A DNA stretch of 58,626 nucleotides from Candidatus Omnitrophota bacterium (lineage in GTDB: Bacteria > Omnitrophota > Gorgyraeia > 1-14-0-20-64-10). Position numbers and translations under genes: made by a program. Of this stretch, positions 20,236-29,946 are shown piece by piece (positions within the stretch are counted from its first letter, which is position 1; each line of letters opens with the position of its first letter). A model generated the notes under the pieces. It did not search any database. It had not been told where the DNA came from and worked only from the letters and a program-made list of their open reading frames with translations. The DNA is taken from the NCBI GenBank assembly GCA_016177405.1, contig JACOVG010000032.1, forward strand, positions 1 to 58,626, written 5' to 3'.

Positions 20236-21966
20236 TTGACGATCAAAACCCACTTAAGACTCGGTGACCTCCTCGTGAGCGCGGGGCTCATCACCGAGAG
20301 CCAGCTCAAGGAGGCGATCAACCGGCAGAAGACCAGCCACGAGAGGCTCGGCGAGGCGCTGGTGTCTCTGCGTTACGTGACCGAGGTTCAACTGGCCGAG
20401 GTTTTGGGGAGGCAGCTCGGAATCCCTTTTAAGAACTTCGAGAAGGGAGATCTCCAATGGACCGACAGCGCCCTTAAGAAAATCCTTCCCGAGGAATTCA
20501 TTCGAAAGCAACTGGTTCTTCCCTTGGCCAAAGGCCGGGACGCCATCACGATCGCCCTGTTCGATCCGCTGGATCTGATCCTCCTGGACAACCTGAAGAA
20601 GATGACCGGCCAATCCATCGCGCCTGTCATCGCCACCAAAACGGATATGCTCAAAGCCATCGAGGCCGCCTTCGGCAAGCGGGATCTCTTGAAGGAAGCG
20701 GTCGCCGGAACGTACGGCCAGTCCGCGGTGGGAGCCGCCATGGAGACCGTCGAGGAGGTCCGACAGGAGGAGGGGCAAACCGTTGAAGACCTCACCGCCA
20801 AAGCGGGGGAAGCCCAGGTGGTCCGCTTGGTGGACCTCTTCCTGACCGAGGCGGTCAACTCACGGGCCAGCGACATCCACATAGAGCCCTATCCCAACCA
20901 AATCTCGATTCGCTTCCGGATCGACGGCATCCTGCAGCCTGTGGAGCCGCCGGCCGCCCACCTGATGCCGGCCATCATCTCCCGGATCAAGATCCTGTCA
21001 AGAATGGACATCGCTGAAAAACGCCTGCCGCAGGACGGCGGCTTCACCATCCGGCTGGGCGAAAAGGTGGTGGATCTGCGCGTTTCCACCATTCCGGTCG
21101 TCTACGGAGAGAAGGTGGTAATCCGCCTGCTCGATAAGAGTAACCTCGTTTTCGACTTCAAGCAGTTGGGGATGGGCGGTCAAGCCCTTCAGGATGTCGA
21201 ACAGGGAATCACCTCTCCCTACGGACTGATCTTCATCACCGGCCCCACCGGGAGCGGCAAGTCCACCACCCTGTACGCGGCCATCAACCGGATCAAGAGC
21301 CCGGCCCGCAACGTCGTCACCATCGAGGACCCGGTGGAATACAAGGTGGAGGGGATCAATCAGGTCCAGGCCAAGCCGGCCATTGGGCTCACCTTTGCCG
21401 CCGGCCTGCGGGCCTTCCTGCGGCAGGACCCCGACGTCATCATGGTCGGAGAGGTCCGGGACCTTGAAACCGCCGGGATCTGCGTCCAGGCCGCCCTGAC
21501 CGGCCACCTGGTTCTTTCCACCCTTCACACCAACGACGCCGCTTCCGCGGTGACCCGCTTGATTGACCTGGGGGTGGAGCCGTTCCTCCTGGCTCCCTCT
21601 CTGGTTCTGCTGGTCGCCCAAAGGCTCATCCGGAAGCTTTGCCCCAAGTGCAAACAACCCTACGATCCGCCGAGCGGCCTTAAAGAGAAAACCAAACTCC
21701 CGGCTGGCCAGTATTTCAAGGCCAACGGCTGCCCCGATTGCCGGAACACCGGCTACGCGGGACGCCTGGGGATTTACGAGGTCATGCGGGTCGAGGACAG
21801 GCTCCGGGATCTCATCTCCAAGGGGTCGCCGGCCGAGGAAATCAAGAAACTGGCTCAAGGCCAGGGGATGAAGAGCCTATTTGAAAGCGGCCTGGAAAAA
21901 GCCGCCCAGGGCTTGACCTCCCTGGAAGAGGCCTTCAGCGTCACCGTGGGAGCGCTGGCCCTGTAA
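20236..21966 (+). CDS. pilB: type IV pilus extension ATPase PilB/GspE
   Basis: MshEN-like RLGxxLV repeats, ASDIHIEP, GPTGSGKST, LRQDPDVIMVGE, CxxC..CxxC. Confidence 0.93.
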   Translation: MTIKTHLRLGDLLVSAGLITESQLKEAINRQKTSHERLGEALVSLRYVTEVQLAEVLGRQLGIPFKNFEKGDLQWTDSALKKILPEEFIRKQLVLPLAKGRDAITIALFDPLDLILLDNLKKMTGQSIAPVIATKTDMLKAIEAAFGKRDLLKEAVAGTYGQSAVGAAMETVEEVRQEEGQTVEDLTAKAGEAQVVRLVDLFLTEAVNSRASDIHIEPYPNQISIRFRIDGILQPVEPPAAHLMPAIISRIKILSRMDIAEKRLPQDGGFTIRLGEKVVDLRVSTIPVVYGEKVVIRLLDKSNLVFDFKQLGMGGQALQDVEQGITSPYGLIFITGPTGSGKSTTLYAAINRIKSPARNVVTIEDPVEYKVEGINQVQAKPAIGLTFAAGLRAFLRQDPDVIMVGEVRDLETAGICVQAALTGHLVLSTLHTNDAASAVTRLIDLGVEPFLLAPSLVLLVAQRLIRKLCPKCKQPYDPPSGLKEKTKLPAGQYFKANGCPDCRNTGYAGRLGIYEVMRVEDRLRDLISKGSPAEEIKKLAQGQGMKSLFESGLEKAAQGLTSLEEAFSVTVGALAL

Positions 21967-21969
21967 ACC

Positions 21970-23187
21970 ATGTCACAGTACAGCTACGTCGTCCGCACAA
22001 GGTTGGGTCGAACCGAGAAGGGGACCCTGGAGGCCAACAGCCCTGACGAGGCGGTTTCCATCCTTCAGGGCAGGGACCTGGTCGTTGTTTCCGTCGAAGA
22101 AACAAAGGCGCAGACGATCACCCTGGGCCGCCGGCGGGCTTACCACGCCGGCGTCAAAACTTCCGACCTCGTCATTTTCGCCCGCTCCCTCTCGGCCATG
22201 TCGGAAGCGGGTCTGCCTCTCCTTAAGGCCGTGGAAACGGTGGGCGACCAAATCCGTTCCCGGAAGTTGTACCTGGTGATTGGCGAAATTGCCCGGGATG
22301 TCCGAGGCGGCTCCACCTTCCGCGACGCCCTGGCCAAGCATCCCGCGGTCTTCTCTCCCTTCTGGCTCTCCCTCATCGAAATGGGTGAGGCCTCCGGCCA
22401 GCTCACCCGCTCACTCGAGCAGATCGCCCTGCATCTCGAGAAATCCGGCGCCATCCAGCGAAAGGTGGTCTCGGCCTTGATCTATCCGGCGATCCTTCTG
22501 GGTGTCGCGGTCGTGGCCATCCTGGTCTTCACCCTAAAGATCATCCCAACCTTCGGAACCCTCTTTTCCAGCTTTGGCACCCAGCTCCCCGCTCTTACCC
22601 AGGCGGTCATCTCTCTTTCCAACTTCATGCGCCGCGCCTTCGGCCTGATTCTCCTGGCGGCAGCCGGGGGCATCTTTCTCTTCACCCGCTATGCCAAAAC
22701 GCCGGCTGGCCGCTGGCAGACGGACCTGCTGATGCTCAAACTTCCCGTCTTTGGGCCTCTCTTTCAGGCGGTCGCCGCCGAGCAGTTCGCCTCCAATCTG
22801 GGCACCCTGCTGAAGGCCGGAGTTCCGATCCTTCACGCCATGGAGATCGTCATCGCCACCTGTCCCAACAAGGTGGTCGCCTCCCTCCTGGAACAGATGC
22901 GCACAGGCATCCGGGAAGGCCGGCCCCTGGCCGACCCCTTGTCCCAAACCGACATCTTCCCGGCCATGGTGGCCCAGATGATCACGGTGGGGGAGCAGAC
23001 CGGCAAGCTTTCTGGAATGCTGGAAGAGGTTTCCAAATATTACGAGGACCAGGTGGCCACCACCGTCGAGCGCATGACGGCCCTCCTGGAGCCTGTGATG
23101 CTGGTGGGGATGGCGGTGGTGATCGGGACCTTGGTGGTGGCCATGTACCTGCCCATCTTCCAGATCTCGCAGTCCTTCGGCAGGTAA
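21970..23187 (+). CDS. pilC: type IV pilus platform protein PilC/GspF
   Basis: two GspF repeats, GEASG/GEQTG, SALIYP, LLEP, YLPIF. Confidence 0.92.
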   Translation: MSQYSYVVRTRLGRTEKGTLEANSPDEAVSILQGRDLVVVSVEETKAQTITLGRRRAYHAGVKTSDLVIFARSLSAMSEAGLPLLKAVETVGDQIRSRKLYLVIGEIARDVRGGSTFRDALAKHPAVFSPFWLSLIEMGEASGQLTRSLEQIALHLEKSGAIQRKVVSALIYPAILLGVAVVAILVFTLKIIPTFGTLFSSFGTQLPALTQAVISLSNFMRRAFGLILLAAAGGIFLFTRYAKTPAGRWQTDLLMLKLPVFGPLFQAVAAEQFASNLGTLLKAGVPILHAMEIVIATCPNKVVASLLEQMRTGIREGRPLADPLSQTDIFPAMVAQMITVGEQTGKLSGMLEEVSKYYEDQVATTVERMTALLEPVMLVGMAVVIGTLVVAMYLPIFQISQSFGR

Positions 23188-23202
23188 AGCACGCTTAAGG
23201 GA

Positions 23203-23231
23203 TTGATTTGACAGGGTTTACTTGGTATGCT
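23203..23231 (+). promoter_or_regulatory. putative sigma70 promoter of the major pilin
   Basis: TTGATT-17 nt-TATGCT with extended TG; SD AGGAGG downstream. Confidence 0.55.
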
Positions 23232-23258
23232 TAAAAAATACAAAAAGGAGGAACTCAT

Positions 23259-23663
23259 ATGAGGCGCAACGCACACAAGGGTTTCACCCTGTTGGAACTG
23301 CTCGTGGTGGTGATCATCATTGGCGTCCTGGCAGCCGTCGCCCTGCCGCAGTTTGGCAAGGCCACCGAGAGAGCCAAACAGTCGGAGGCCCTGTCCATCC
23401 TAGGCGCCATGCGAACAGCCGAGTTCCTCTATTATCAGGAGCACGACTCCTTTACCACCGACAGCGCTAAATTGTCCGTTGACGTCCCGGGCGATGCTTC
23501 GACGGAACATTACTTCAAGTACGAGATCCCGACGGGTGGGGCGAACCTTACTGTTCGAGCCACCAGGAAGAAAACCGGCGGGAAGACTCCTGCTTACACC
23601 ACCGACTATACCATCGACCTCGACAAGAGCGGCAACATCACTAAGGGAGCGGGCGCGCCTTAA
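23259..23663 (+). CDS. pilA: type IV pilin (probable major pilin)
   Basis: KG|FTLLELLVVVIIIGVLAAVALP prepilin motif, own promoter and strong SD. Confidence 0.85.
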   Translation: MRRNAHKGFTLLELLVVVIIIGVLAAVALPQFGKATERAKQSEALSILGAMRTAEFLYYQEHDSFTTDSAKLSVDVPGDASTEHYFKYEIPTGGANLTVRATRKKTGGKTPAYTTDYTIDLDKSGNITKGAGAP

Positions 23664-23684
23664 GGCGTCCTCCTGCAAGAAACC

Positions 23685-24125
23685 ATGAGAGAAAATAGGG
23701 GCGGCTTTACCCTTCTCGAACTCCTTGTGGTGGTTATCATAGTGGGGATTCTTGCTTCGGTCGCCATGCCGCAATTTGGCAAGGCCACCGATCGGGCCCG
23801 CGAGGCGGAGGCGAAGAATGTCCTTGCTTCCCTGCTGTCGGCGGAGTTGGCCTACCTGCAGGAGAAGAGCACCTTCACCCTCAACAAGGATGACCTGGTG
23901 GTCACCATCCCCCAGATGCATGACTGGGGGATCCCCGCCTTCACCGCCGGCACCGACGGGGCGACCGTGGATACCATCAGCAGCGGCGACCTGAAGGACG
24001 GAGTAACCATTAAGACGCTCGGAGACAACCTTAGCCCCGGAGGCCATAACCATACGGGCCACAGGGTCCGCGGTATTGTGGTAAAAACCGGTGCCCGGTT
24101 CATCGATTCTACCGGCGGCCTATAA
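23685..24125 (+). CDS. type IV pilin-like protein
   Basis: GG|FTLLELLVVVIIVGILASVAMP. Confidence 0.85.
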   Translation: MRENRGGFTLLELLVVVIIVGILASVAMPQFGKATDRAREAEAKNVLASLLSAELAYLQEKSTFTLNKDDLVVTIPQMHDWGIPAFTAGTDGATVDTISSGDLKDGVTIKTLGDNLSPGGHNHTGHRVRGIVVKTGARFIDSTGGL

Positions 24126-24147
24126 ACCCAACAGCCCCCTCCCTCCG

Positions 24148-24549
24148 GTGGGAAGGGAGGGGGTGACCCTCCTTGAGATTCTGATTGTGGTTATCATTGT
24201 GGCAATCCTGGCGGGGGTCGCTATGCCCAACTACGCCAGAACCGTGGAGAAGGCCAAGGTTCAGGAGGCCGAAGGGATTCTCACCACCATCTATCAGGCC
24301 CAGAGGATTTACCGCCTGGATTACGATACCTTCACCACCCTTGCCCTGTTGGATTCCAACCGCTATCTCACCAGCCCCACCAGCAGCAACTGGAGCTTTA
24401 CCGATTCCACCGCCCCCACAGCCGCCACCTTTCAGGTGAAGGCCTCCCGCACCGGGGGCGCCCAATATCTGCGGGTAGATCAGACCGGCCAGATTTGCAA
24501 ATCCGCCGGATACGATACCTCCGTCTCCAACCGGCCTGTCTGCCCGTAG
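24148..24549 (+). CDS. minor type IV pilin (PilE-like)
   Basis: EG|VTLLEILIVVIIVAILAGVAMPNY, C-terminal Cys pair; start GTG 24148 or 24163. Confidence 0.78.
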   Translation: MGREGVTLLEILIVVIIVAILAGVAMPNYARTVEKAKVQEAEGILTTIYQAQRIYRLDYDTFTTLALLDSNRYLTSPTSSNWSFTDSTAPTAATFQVKASRTGGAQYLRVDQTGQICKSAGYDTSVSNRPVCP

Positions 24550-24555
24550 GAACGC

Positions 24556-25632
24556 ATGACGTCTTCCATCGATGAGCTCCTGAAGCTCGCGGTCGCGCGA
24601 AGGGCTTCCGACCTCCACCTCACGGTGGGACTGCCCCCCCTTTTCCGGATCGACGGCCAGCTCACCCCCTTGGAGGATGCGCCGCTGACCGGTGAGTCCG
24701 CCCGGGCCCTGGCCTATGCCATGCTGGACGACCAACGGATCGTGCAGTTTGAGCAAAGCAGGGAACTGGACACCTCTTACAGCGTCAAGGGGCTCTCCCG
24801 CTTCAGGGTGAACCTCTACCGTCAGCGAGGTTCGGTGGCGGCCGTCATCCGGGTGATTCCCTTTCAGGTGCCGACCTTTGAAGAGCTCGGCCTGCCTTCC
24901 ATCCTGAAGGAATTCGCCGAACGATTAAGCGGCCTCTTCATCGTCAGCGGCCCCACGGGATGCGGCAAATCCACCACCCTGGCCGCCATGGTCCGGCACA
25001 TCAACGAGAGAAGGAACTGCCACATCCTCACGGTGGAGGACCCCATCGAATACCTTCACCAGCACAAGAAAGCCACCATCAACCAGAGGGAGCTGGGCAC
25101 CGACACCGATTCCTTCAAGGAGGCGCTCCGGCATGCCGTCCGCCAGGACCCCAACATCCTCTTGATCGGGGAGATGCGTGATCTGGAAACCATGTCGGCC
25201 GCCTTGACCCTGGCCGAAACCGGTCACCTGGTCCTGGCCACCCTCCACACCTCGGACACCATGCACGCCATCACCAGGATTGTGGACGTCTTCCCCCCCT
25301 TCCAACAGACCCAGATCCGCATCCAGCTTTCCCTGGTCCTAATCGGCATTGTGGTCCAACAGCTCATCCCGCGCGCCGCAGGGAAGGGCAGGGTCGCCGT
25401 CTGCGAGGTGATGAACGTGACCCCGGCCATTGGCAGCATGATCCGGGAAAACCAGCTTCACCAACTGCGCTCCAGTCTGCAGACGGGGCGCCAGCACGGC
25501 ATGTGCACCATGAACCAATCGCTGGCGGAGCTGCTTCTTGAAAAGTCGATCACCTGGGAGGAGGCCCTAAAGCGCTCCTTGGACCCGGAAGATCTGAGAA
25601 GGCTCCTCCCAAAAACTTCGGGGCTGCCCTAA
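24556..25632 (+). CDS. pilT: type IV pilus retraction ATPase
   Basis: ASDLHL, GPTGCGKSTT, TVEDPIE, RQDPNILLIGEMRD, AETGHLV. Confidence 0.94.
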   Translation: MTSSIDELLKLAVARRASDLHLTVGLPPLFRIDGQLTPLEDAPLTGESARALAYAMLDDQRIVQFEQSRELDTSYSVKGLSRFRVNLYRQRGSVAAVIRVIPFQVPTFEELGLPSILKEFAERLSGLFIVSGPTGCGKSTTLAAMVRHINERRNCHILTVEDPIEYLHQHKKATINQRELGTDTDSFKEALRHAVRQDPNILLIGEMRDLETMSAALTLAETGHLVLATLHTSDTMHAITRIVDVFPPFQQTQIRIQLSLVLIGIVVQQLIPRAAGKGRVAVCEVMNVTPAIGSMIRENQLHQLRSSLQTGRQHGMCTMNQSLAELLLEKSITWEEALKRSLDPEDLRRLLPKTSGLP

Positions 25633-25679
25633 AAAAGGGCTCCAGTTAATTGGCCACCTATCGGTGGCCTAGAAACTTC

Positions 25680-25752
25680 GGGGCTGTAGCTCAGCTGGGA
25701 GAGCGCCTGAATCGCACTCAGGAGGCCAGGGGTTCGAATCCCCTCAGCTCCA
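25680..25752 (+). tRNA. tRNA-Ala (anticodon CGC), CCA not encoded
   Basis: GGGGCTG acceptor stem with G3:U70, D arm AGCTCAGCTGGGAGAGC, anticodon arm CCTGA-ATCGCAC-TCAGG, T loop GGTTCGAATCC. Confidence 0.95.
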
Positions 25753-27243
25753 CGTCCTGCACATGGCCGTTTCGGTCCAAACCATGCCGCAGGGCCGGTA
25801 AGAAATCTTGTTTTGGGCGAGATTCGGAAGGCCCGAATCGCCCATCGCGTTGACAAAACGGCAGTTCTCGAGGCCGCGGGAGAGCTCCCTGAAAAGGAAG
25901 GCGTTTAATCCCGGCAGGGAACGGTCGGCAATCTCCAAGAAGACCACGAAGGTCTCTTTCGACACCCACCCTCCCAGGGTGTAGGCAACCAAACCTCTGT
26001 CCGCCTCCGCCACCAAGCCGGTCAAGCCAAAGGACGCGGCGTCCATCAGCAGACGGCGGTGGAAGAAAAGCCCGTCCCGAAGCAGCGCTTTGGGATAAGG
26101 CCGATCCGCGGCCTGATGGCGCCCGATGGCCCAGTGGGTGTAGGCCGATAAACAGGCCTGCAGATCCTTCGCCTCGAAGGGGCGCACCCTCGGGGTAAGC
26201 TCCCTGGCGCACCGATTCGCGGCCCATCTTTGACGGCGATACCGGTCTCCCCTAAGCCCGGCAAGATCCTCTCTCCGGTAAAGGTATTCAAGCTCGGACC
26301 TTTCCGTTTTAAGGCCCAGAGTATCGAGGCCCTTCACCGAGGAGAATTCCAGCGCTTCAATTCGCGACACCGCCGAATCCTGGTTCAATGCCCTTAAGAT
26401 CTCCCAGGAGGCCTCCACAGCTTTCAAATTGGGATGGGCCGCAAGCGGTGGAAGGGGCATAAAGAAACCGCCCCCTTGTTCGGCGAAAAGACACAGCTCT
26501 CCCTCCAGCCTTGCCCACCACAACCGCATCAGGTCCATCCATCCGAGCAAACCTGCCAGGGTGTAGCGGGAATTCAGATGCGGCCGGAGGCGCAAAGCTT
26601 CTTGGACAAGCCCTGCCTCGGAAAGCGTAAGCGGCCGCAGAGCCGGATGGGGACGCGTCACGGAGGGTCGAACGGCTTCGTTGGCAATGGCCGCGACGCA
26701 AGCCACCGGCACATACTCTGGAAAGGCGGGGCCCACCAACTGGGGGTTGGCCTTCAAATACTCCGATCCCAGCGGGGAATCCAAATAGCGGGAAAGCCTT
26801 AGGGCGTAATCGGAAACCTCCCTGGAGTTCCCTTGCGCTTCCAGGTAAGGGCACTTGAGATCCATGGCCAAAAAGACCTTCTCCCCGGAAGCGTCCCGAG
26901 TCAAGACAAAGGGATACAACCGGCAATCCAAAGGTCTAACAGGGTAGATCGAACAGCGGTTTGCTTCCGCTTCAAAGGCCGGGCACTGGAAACCGTTCCC
27001 GCAGGACTTGAGCCTCGGTGTCAGGGAAGGAGAGCCTGAAGTTGATTGGAACCACCCCTGCCTTTCGGGACGCTCCTGAAGAGCCCACCCCACCTCCTGC
27101 CGGGACCACGCGGGGGTTTGGACCCCCTCCGTGTCCGGGAAACGGCAGCAGATCCTGCAGTTGAGGCACCAACTTTCCGGAACAATTTGGGGCGTCTTCT
27201 CGATGAAGGCGGTTATTTTCTCGCTGTCGGCGGCTGGATTCAC
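25744..27243 (-). CDS. YkgJ-type CxxCxxCC Fe-S/Zn domain fused to a DUF2156 (aminoacyl-phosphatidylglycerol synthase-like GNAT) domain
   Basis: N-term CLNCRICC..CPAF..CSIYPVRPLDCRLYPF..CP; C-term EYLY..DLAGLRGDRY..R, FLEIAD..GL, VNAMGDSGLPNL..K.SYRP. Confidence 0.75.
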   Translation of the reverse strand: MNPAADSEKITAFIEKTPQIVPESWCLNCRICCRFPDTEGVQTPAWSRQEVGWALQERPERQGWFQSTSGSPSLTPRLKSCGNGFQCPAFEAEANRCSIYPVRPLDCRLYPFVLTRDASGEKVFLAMDLKCPYLEAQGNSREVSDYALRLSRYLDSPLGSEYLKANPQLVGPAFPEYVPVACVAAIANEAVRPSVTRPHPALRPLTLSEAGLVQEALRLRPHLNSRYTLAGLLGWMDLMRLWWARLEGELCLFAEQGGGFFMPLPPLAAHPNLKAVEASWEILRALNQDSAVSRIEALEFSSVKGLDTLGLKTERSELEYLYRREDLAGLRGDRYRRQRWAANRCARELTPRVRPFEAKDLQACLSAYTHWAIGRHQAADRPYPKALLRDGLFFHRRLLMDAASFGLTGLVAEADRGLVAYTLGGWVSKETFVVFLEIADRSLPGLNAFLFRELSRGLENCRFVNAMGDSGLPNLAQNKISYRPCGMVWTETAMCRTWS

Positions 27244-27374
27244 ACTTTACATCCCTTGGGCTTCTTGTTATAGTGTAACACGTTATGGCACTTCCTCGAA
27301 AGTTGAAGGCCCGTCGACGGAGAAAACGCTCTTCCGGGAAGGCCCACCGCGGGAAGAAAGGCCGCTGAAAAGCA

Positions 27375-27914
27375 ATGGCTTCTGGAAGGCCCGAGCGGCG
27401 TGGGAAAGCCCGTTTTAGGGTTCGACTGCCATTTCTTCTTAAGGCCAGCGGTCTGGAAGCTCCTGGAACCACCCGAAATTTATCCCTTCTGGGGATCGCC
27501 GGTTACACCAGCACGCCCTTAACGCTCGGACAGGTGGTGGACTGCCACCTTGAGATTCCTAAACCCGCGCTCTCCATCACCGCCCACGGAACCATCGTAC
27601 GCTGCGACGCGCTCACCGAACCTCATCCGGACGGCACCTGCGAGATGGGGGTTTTCTTTAGAACCTTTGAGCCCGGCAACGAATCGTTGCTCACCCGATT
27701 CCTGAACCACCTCTCCCGGGAGGAAGATTCGGCCGTCCAGGCGGGTTTGCGCGCCTTCAAAGAAAAGATCAAGGCCCGCAAGCGCCGCAAGCGCCTGGAG
27801 GAGCTCCAGAAGAAGCGCCGGGCCCTCTTGAGGAAAAAGAAGCGTTTGGCGAAAGCGCGCAAAGAAGCCCGCAAGCGTTCCCAGCGGGCCGCCCGTCGGC
27901 GCAAGAAGTCTTAA
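27375..27914 (+). CDS. PilZ domain protein with a Lys/Arg-rich C-terminal tail
   Basis: ERRGKAR and NLSLLG c-di-GMP motifs. Confidence 0.8.
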   Translation: MASGRPERRGKARFRVRLPFLLKASGLEAPGTTRNLSLLGIAGYTSTPLTLGQVVDCHLEIPKPALSITAHGTIVRCDALTEPHPDGTCEMGVFFRTFEPGNESLLTRFLNHLSREEDSAVQAGLRAFKEKIKARKRRKRLEELQKKRRALLRKKKRLAKARKEARKRSQRAARRRKKS

Positions 27915-27927
27915 AACCCAAGCCATC

Positions 27928-29946
27928 ATGTCCCGGCGCTACACCCTTGAGCCTCCCTCCCTTGTCATACCCAAGGGGCTTCAAATCCCCTACGAAAAGG
28001 AGCTCAACCCGGACCAGCTGAAGGTGGTTCTGGAGGCCGAAGGTCCCTCGCTGGTCCTGGCAGGCCCCGGGAGCGGAAAAACCAGAACCTTGACCTACAG
28101 GGTTGCCCGCCTGATCGAGCAGGGAATCCCCCCGCCCCAGATTCTGCTCATGACCTTCACCGTCAAGGCCGCTCACGAGATGCTCCTGCGCGTGGAAAGG
28201 CTTCTCAAGACAAAACCGGAAGGGCTCTGGGGCGGGACCTTCCACCACATCGGCAACCTCATCCTCCGGCGCCACGCCGAGAAGCTGAAGCGGACCCCTG
28301 CCTTCGGAATCCTGGACGAAGAGGATGCCAAGGATCTGATCGCCGCCTGCCTCGAGGATCTGAAGACCTCCCCCACCCGCACCCGACTGCCTCAAGCGGG
28401 CGTCCTGGAGGCCGCTTTCAGTTTAAGCGCCAACACCGGAAAACCGCTGGATGAGATTGTCCTTCGCCAGTACCCCCAATTCGCCGAGCTCATCCCCTGG
28501 ATCGAAAAAGCCGCCCAGCGCTACCGCTCTCGGAAAGAGAAGGGTAACCTCATGGATTACGACGATCTCTTGACCGGCTGGCGCGCCCTTCTTCAAGACA
28601 ACCCCGCGCTGAAAGAGCGCTACGCCGAACAGTTCCGATACCTCCTGGTGGACGAATATCAGGACACCAACCACCTGCAGTTTGAGATCATTCAGCTGAT
28701 GGCGGGAACCCGCCAAAACCTCTGCGTGGTGGGAGACGACGCGCAATCGATCTACGGCTTCCGGGGGGCGGACCTGAACAACCTCCTCTCCTTTCCCAAG
28801 ATCTTCCCGAAAACGACCCTTTACCGCCTTCAGACCAACTACCGTTCAACGCCGGAGATCCTCCGGCTGGCCAACGCCACGATTGCCATGAACCAACGCC
28901 AGTTCCCCAAGGAGCTGACGGCCCTGAAGGCCTCCGGCCCCCTGCCGGCCGTTGTGCCCGCGACGGATGCCAGACAGCAAGCCGTCTTCGTGGCCCAAAG
29001 GATCCTGGAGTTGCGGGAAGAAGGGGTTGCCTTAAATGAAATGGCCGTCTTGTTCCGGGCCCGCTTCCAGTCGGCCGAGATGGAACTGGAGCTGGCCAAG
29101 AGAAATATCCCCTACGTGGTCCGGGGCGGGGTGCGCTTCTTCGAGCAGGCCCATCTCAAGGACGTGCTGGCCCATCTGAAGATCCTGGTCAACCCCAACG
29201 ACGAGATCTCCTGGGAGAGGCTCCTGAAGCTTCAGGAGGGGATCGGATCCGCCTACGCCCGGAGGATCTGGGAGAAGATTTCCCAAGGGGCCCAACCGCT
29301 CCAGGCGGCTCTTAAAAACGGGGCGGGGGAGGAGCTCCCGGTCCGGGCCCGAACCGGCTGGAAGAGATTCCAAGCCCTGCTGGCGGAATTGTCTTCGCGG
29401 TCCCGAAAGGGCCAGCCGCCGGCCGAGCTGATCCTCACCGTCCTGAAGGGAGGCTACGAGGAGCATTTGAAAACCCACTTTGAGAACTTCCGGGACCGGA
29501 AGGAGGATGTGGAACAGCTCATCAATCTGGCGGCCGGTTACCGCGAAAGCGACCGTCTGCTCTCGGACCTGACCTTGCGGGAGCCCTTCAGGGGGGAGAC
29601 AATCCGCGGCTGGGAGAAACCGGATGAGCTCCTGGCCCTTTCAACCATCCATCAAGCCAAGGGTCTGGAGTGGGCGGCCGTTTTCTTGATCGGCTTGGTG
29701 GAAGGCCAATTTCCCCACCCGAAATCGCTCAACGAACCGGAGGAATTGGAAGAGGAACGGCGGCTCTTCTACGTGGCGATTACCCGAACCAAGCGGGAAC
29801 TGTATCTGACCTATCCCTTGACCCGCTACACCTACCAACGCGGCGAGGTCCTGATGCGGCCTTCCACTTTCATTCAGGAACTGCCCGACGACCTCCTGGA
29901 GCTCTGGCGCCTTGGGGCCCAACAGCCGGCGGATGAGTTGGATTAG
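27928..29946 (+). CDS. uvrD: UvrD/PcrA/Rep family SF1 DNA helicase
   Basis: AGPGSGKT, GTFH, VDEYQDTN, VGDDAQSIYGFRGA, NYRST, STIHQAKGLEW, EERRLFYVAITR. Confidence 0.9.
   Translation: MSRRYTLEPPSLVIPKGLQIPYEKELNPDQLKVVLEAEGPSLVLAGPGSGKTRTLTYRVARLIEQGIPPPQILLMTFTVKAAHEMLLRVERLLKTKPEGLWGGTFHHIGNLILRRHAEKLKRTPAFGILDEEDAKDLIAACLEDLKTSPTRTRLPQAGVLEAAFSLSANTGKPLDEIVLRQYPQFAELIPWIEKAAQRYRSRKEKGNLMDYDDLLTGWRALLQDNPALKERYAEQFRYLLVDEYQDTNHLQFEIIQLMAGTRQNLCVVGDDAQSIYGFRGADLNNLLSFPKIFPKTTLYRLQTNYRSTPEILRLANATIAMNQRQFPKELTALKASGPLPAVVPATDARQQAVFVAQRILELREEGVALNEMAVLFRARFQSAEMELELAKRNIPYVVRGGVRFFEQAHLKDVLAHLKILVNPNDEISWERLLKLQEGIGSAYARRIWEKISQGAQPLQAALKNGAGEELPVRARTGWKRFQALLAELSSRSRKGQPPAELILTVLKGGYEEHLKTHFENFRDRKEDVEQLINLAAGYRESDRLLSDLTLREPFRGETIRGWEKPDELLALSTIHQAKGLEWAAVFLIGLVEGQFPHPKSLNEPEELEEERRLFYVAITRTKRELYLTYPLTRYTYQRGEVLMRPSTFIQELPDDLLELWRLGAQQPADELD

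Noticed and set aside
25680-27243. Integrated element at tRNA-Ala
   Set aside because: No integrase, no duplicated tRNA 3' end seen, and the flanking genes have host-like composition
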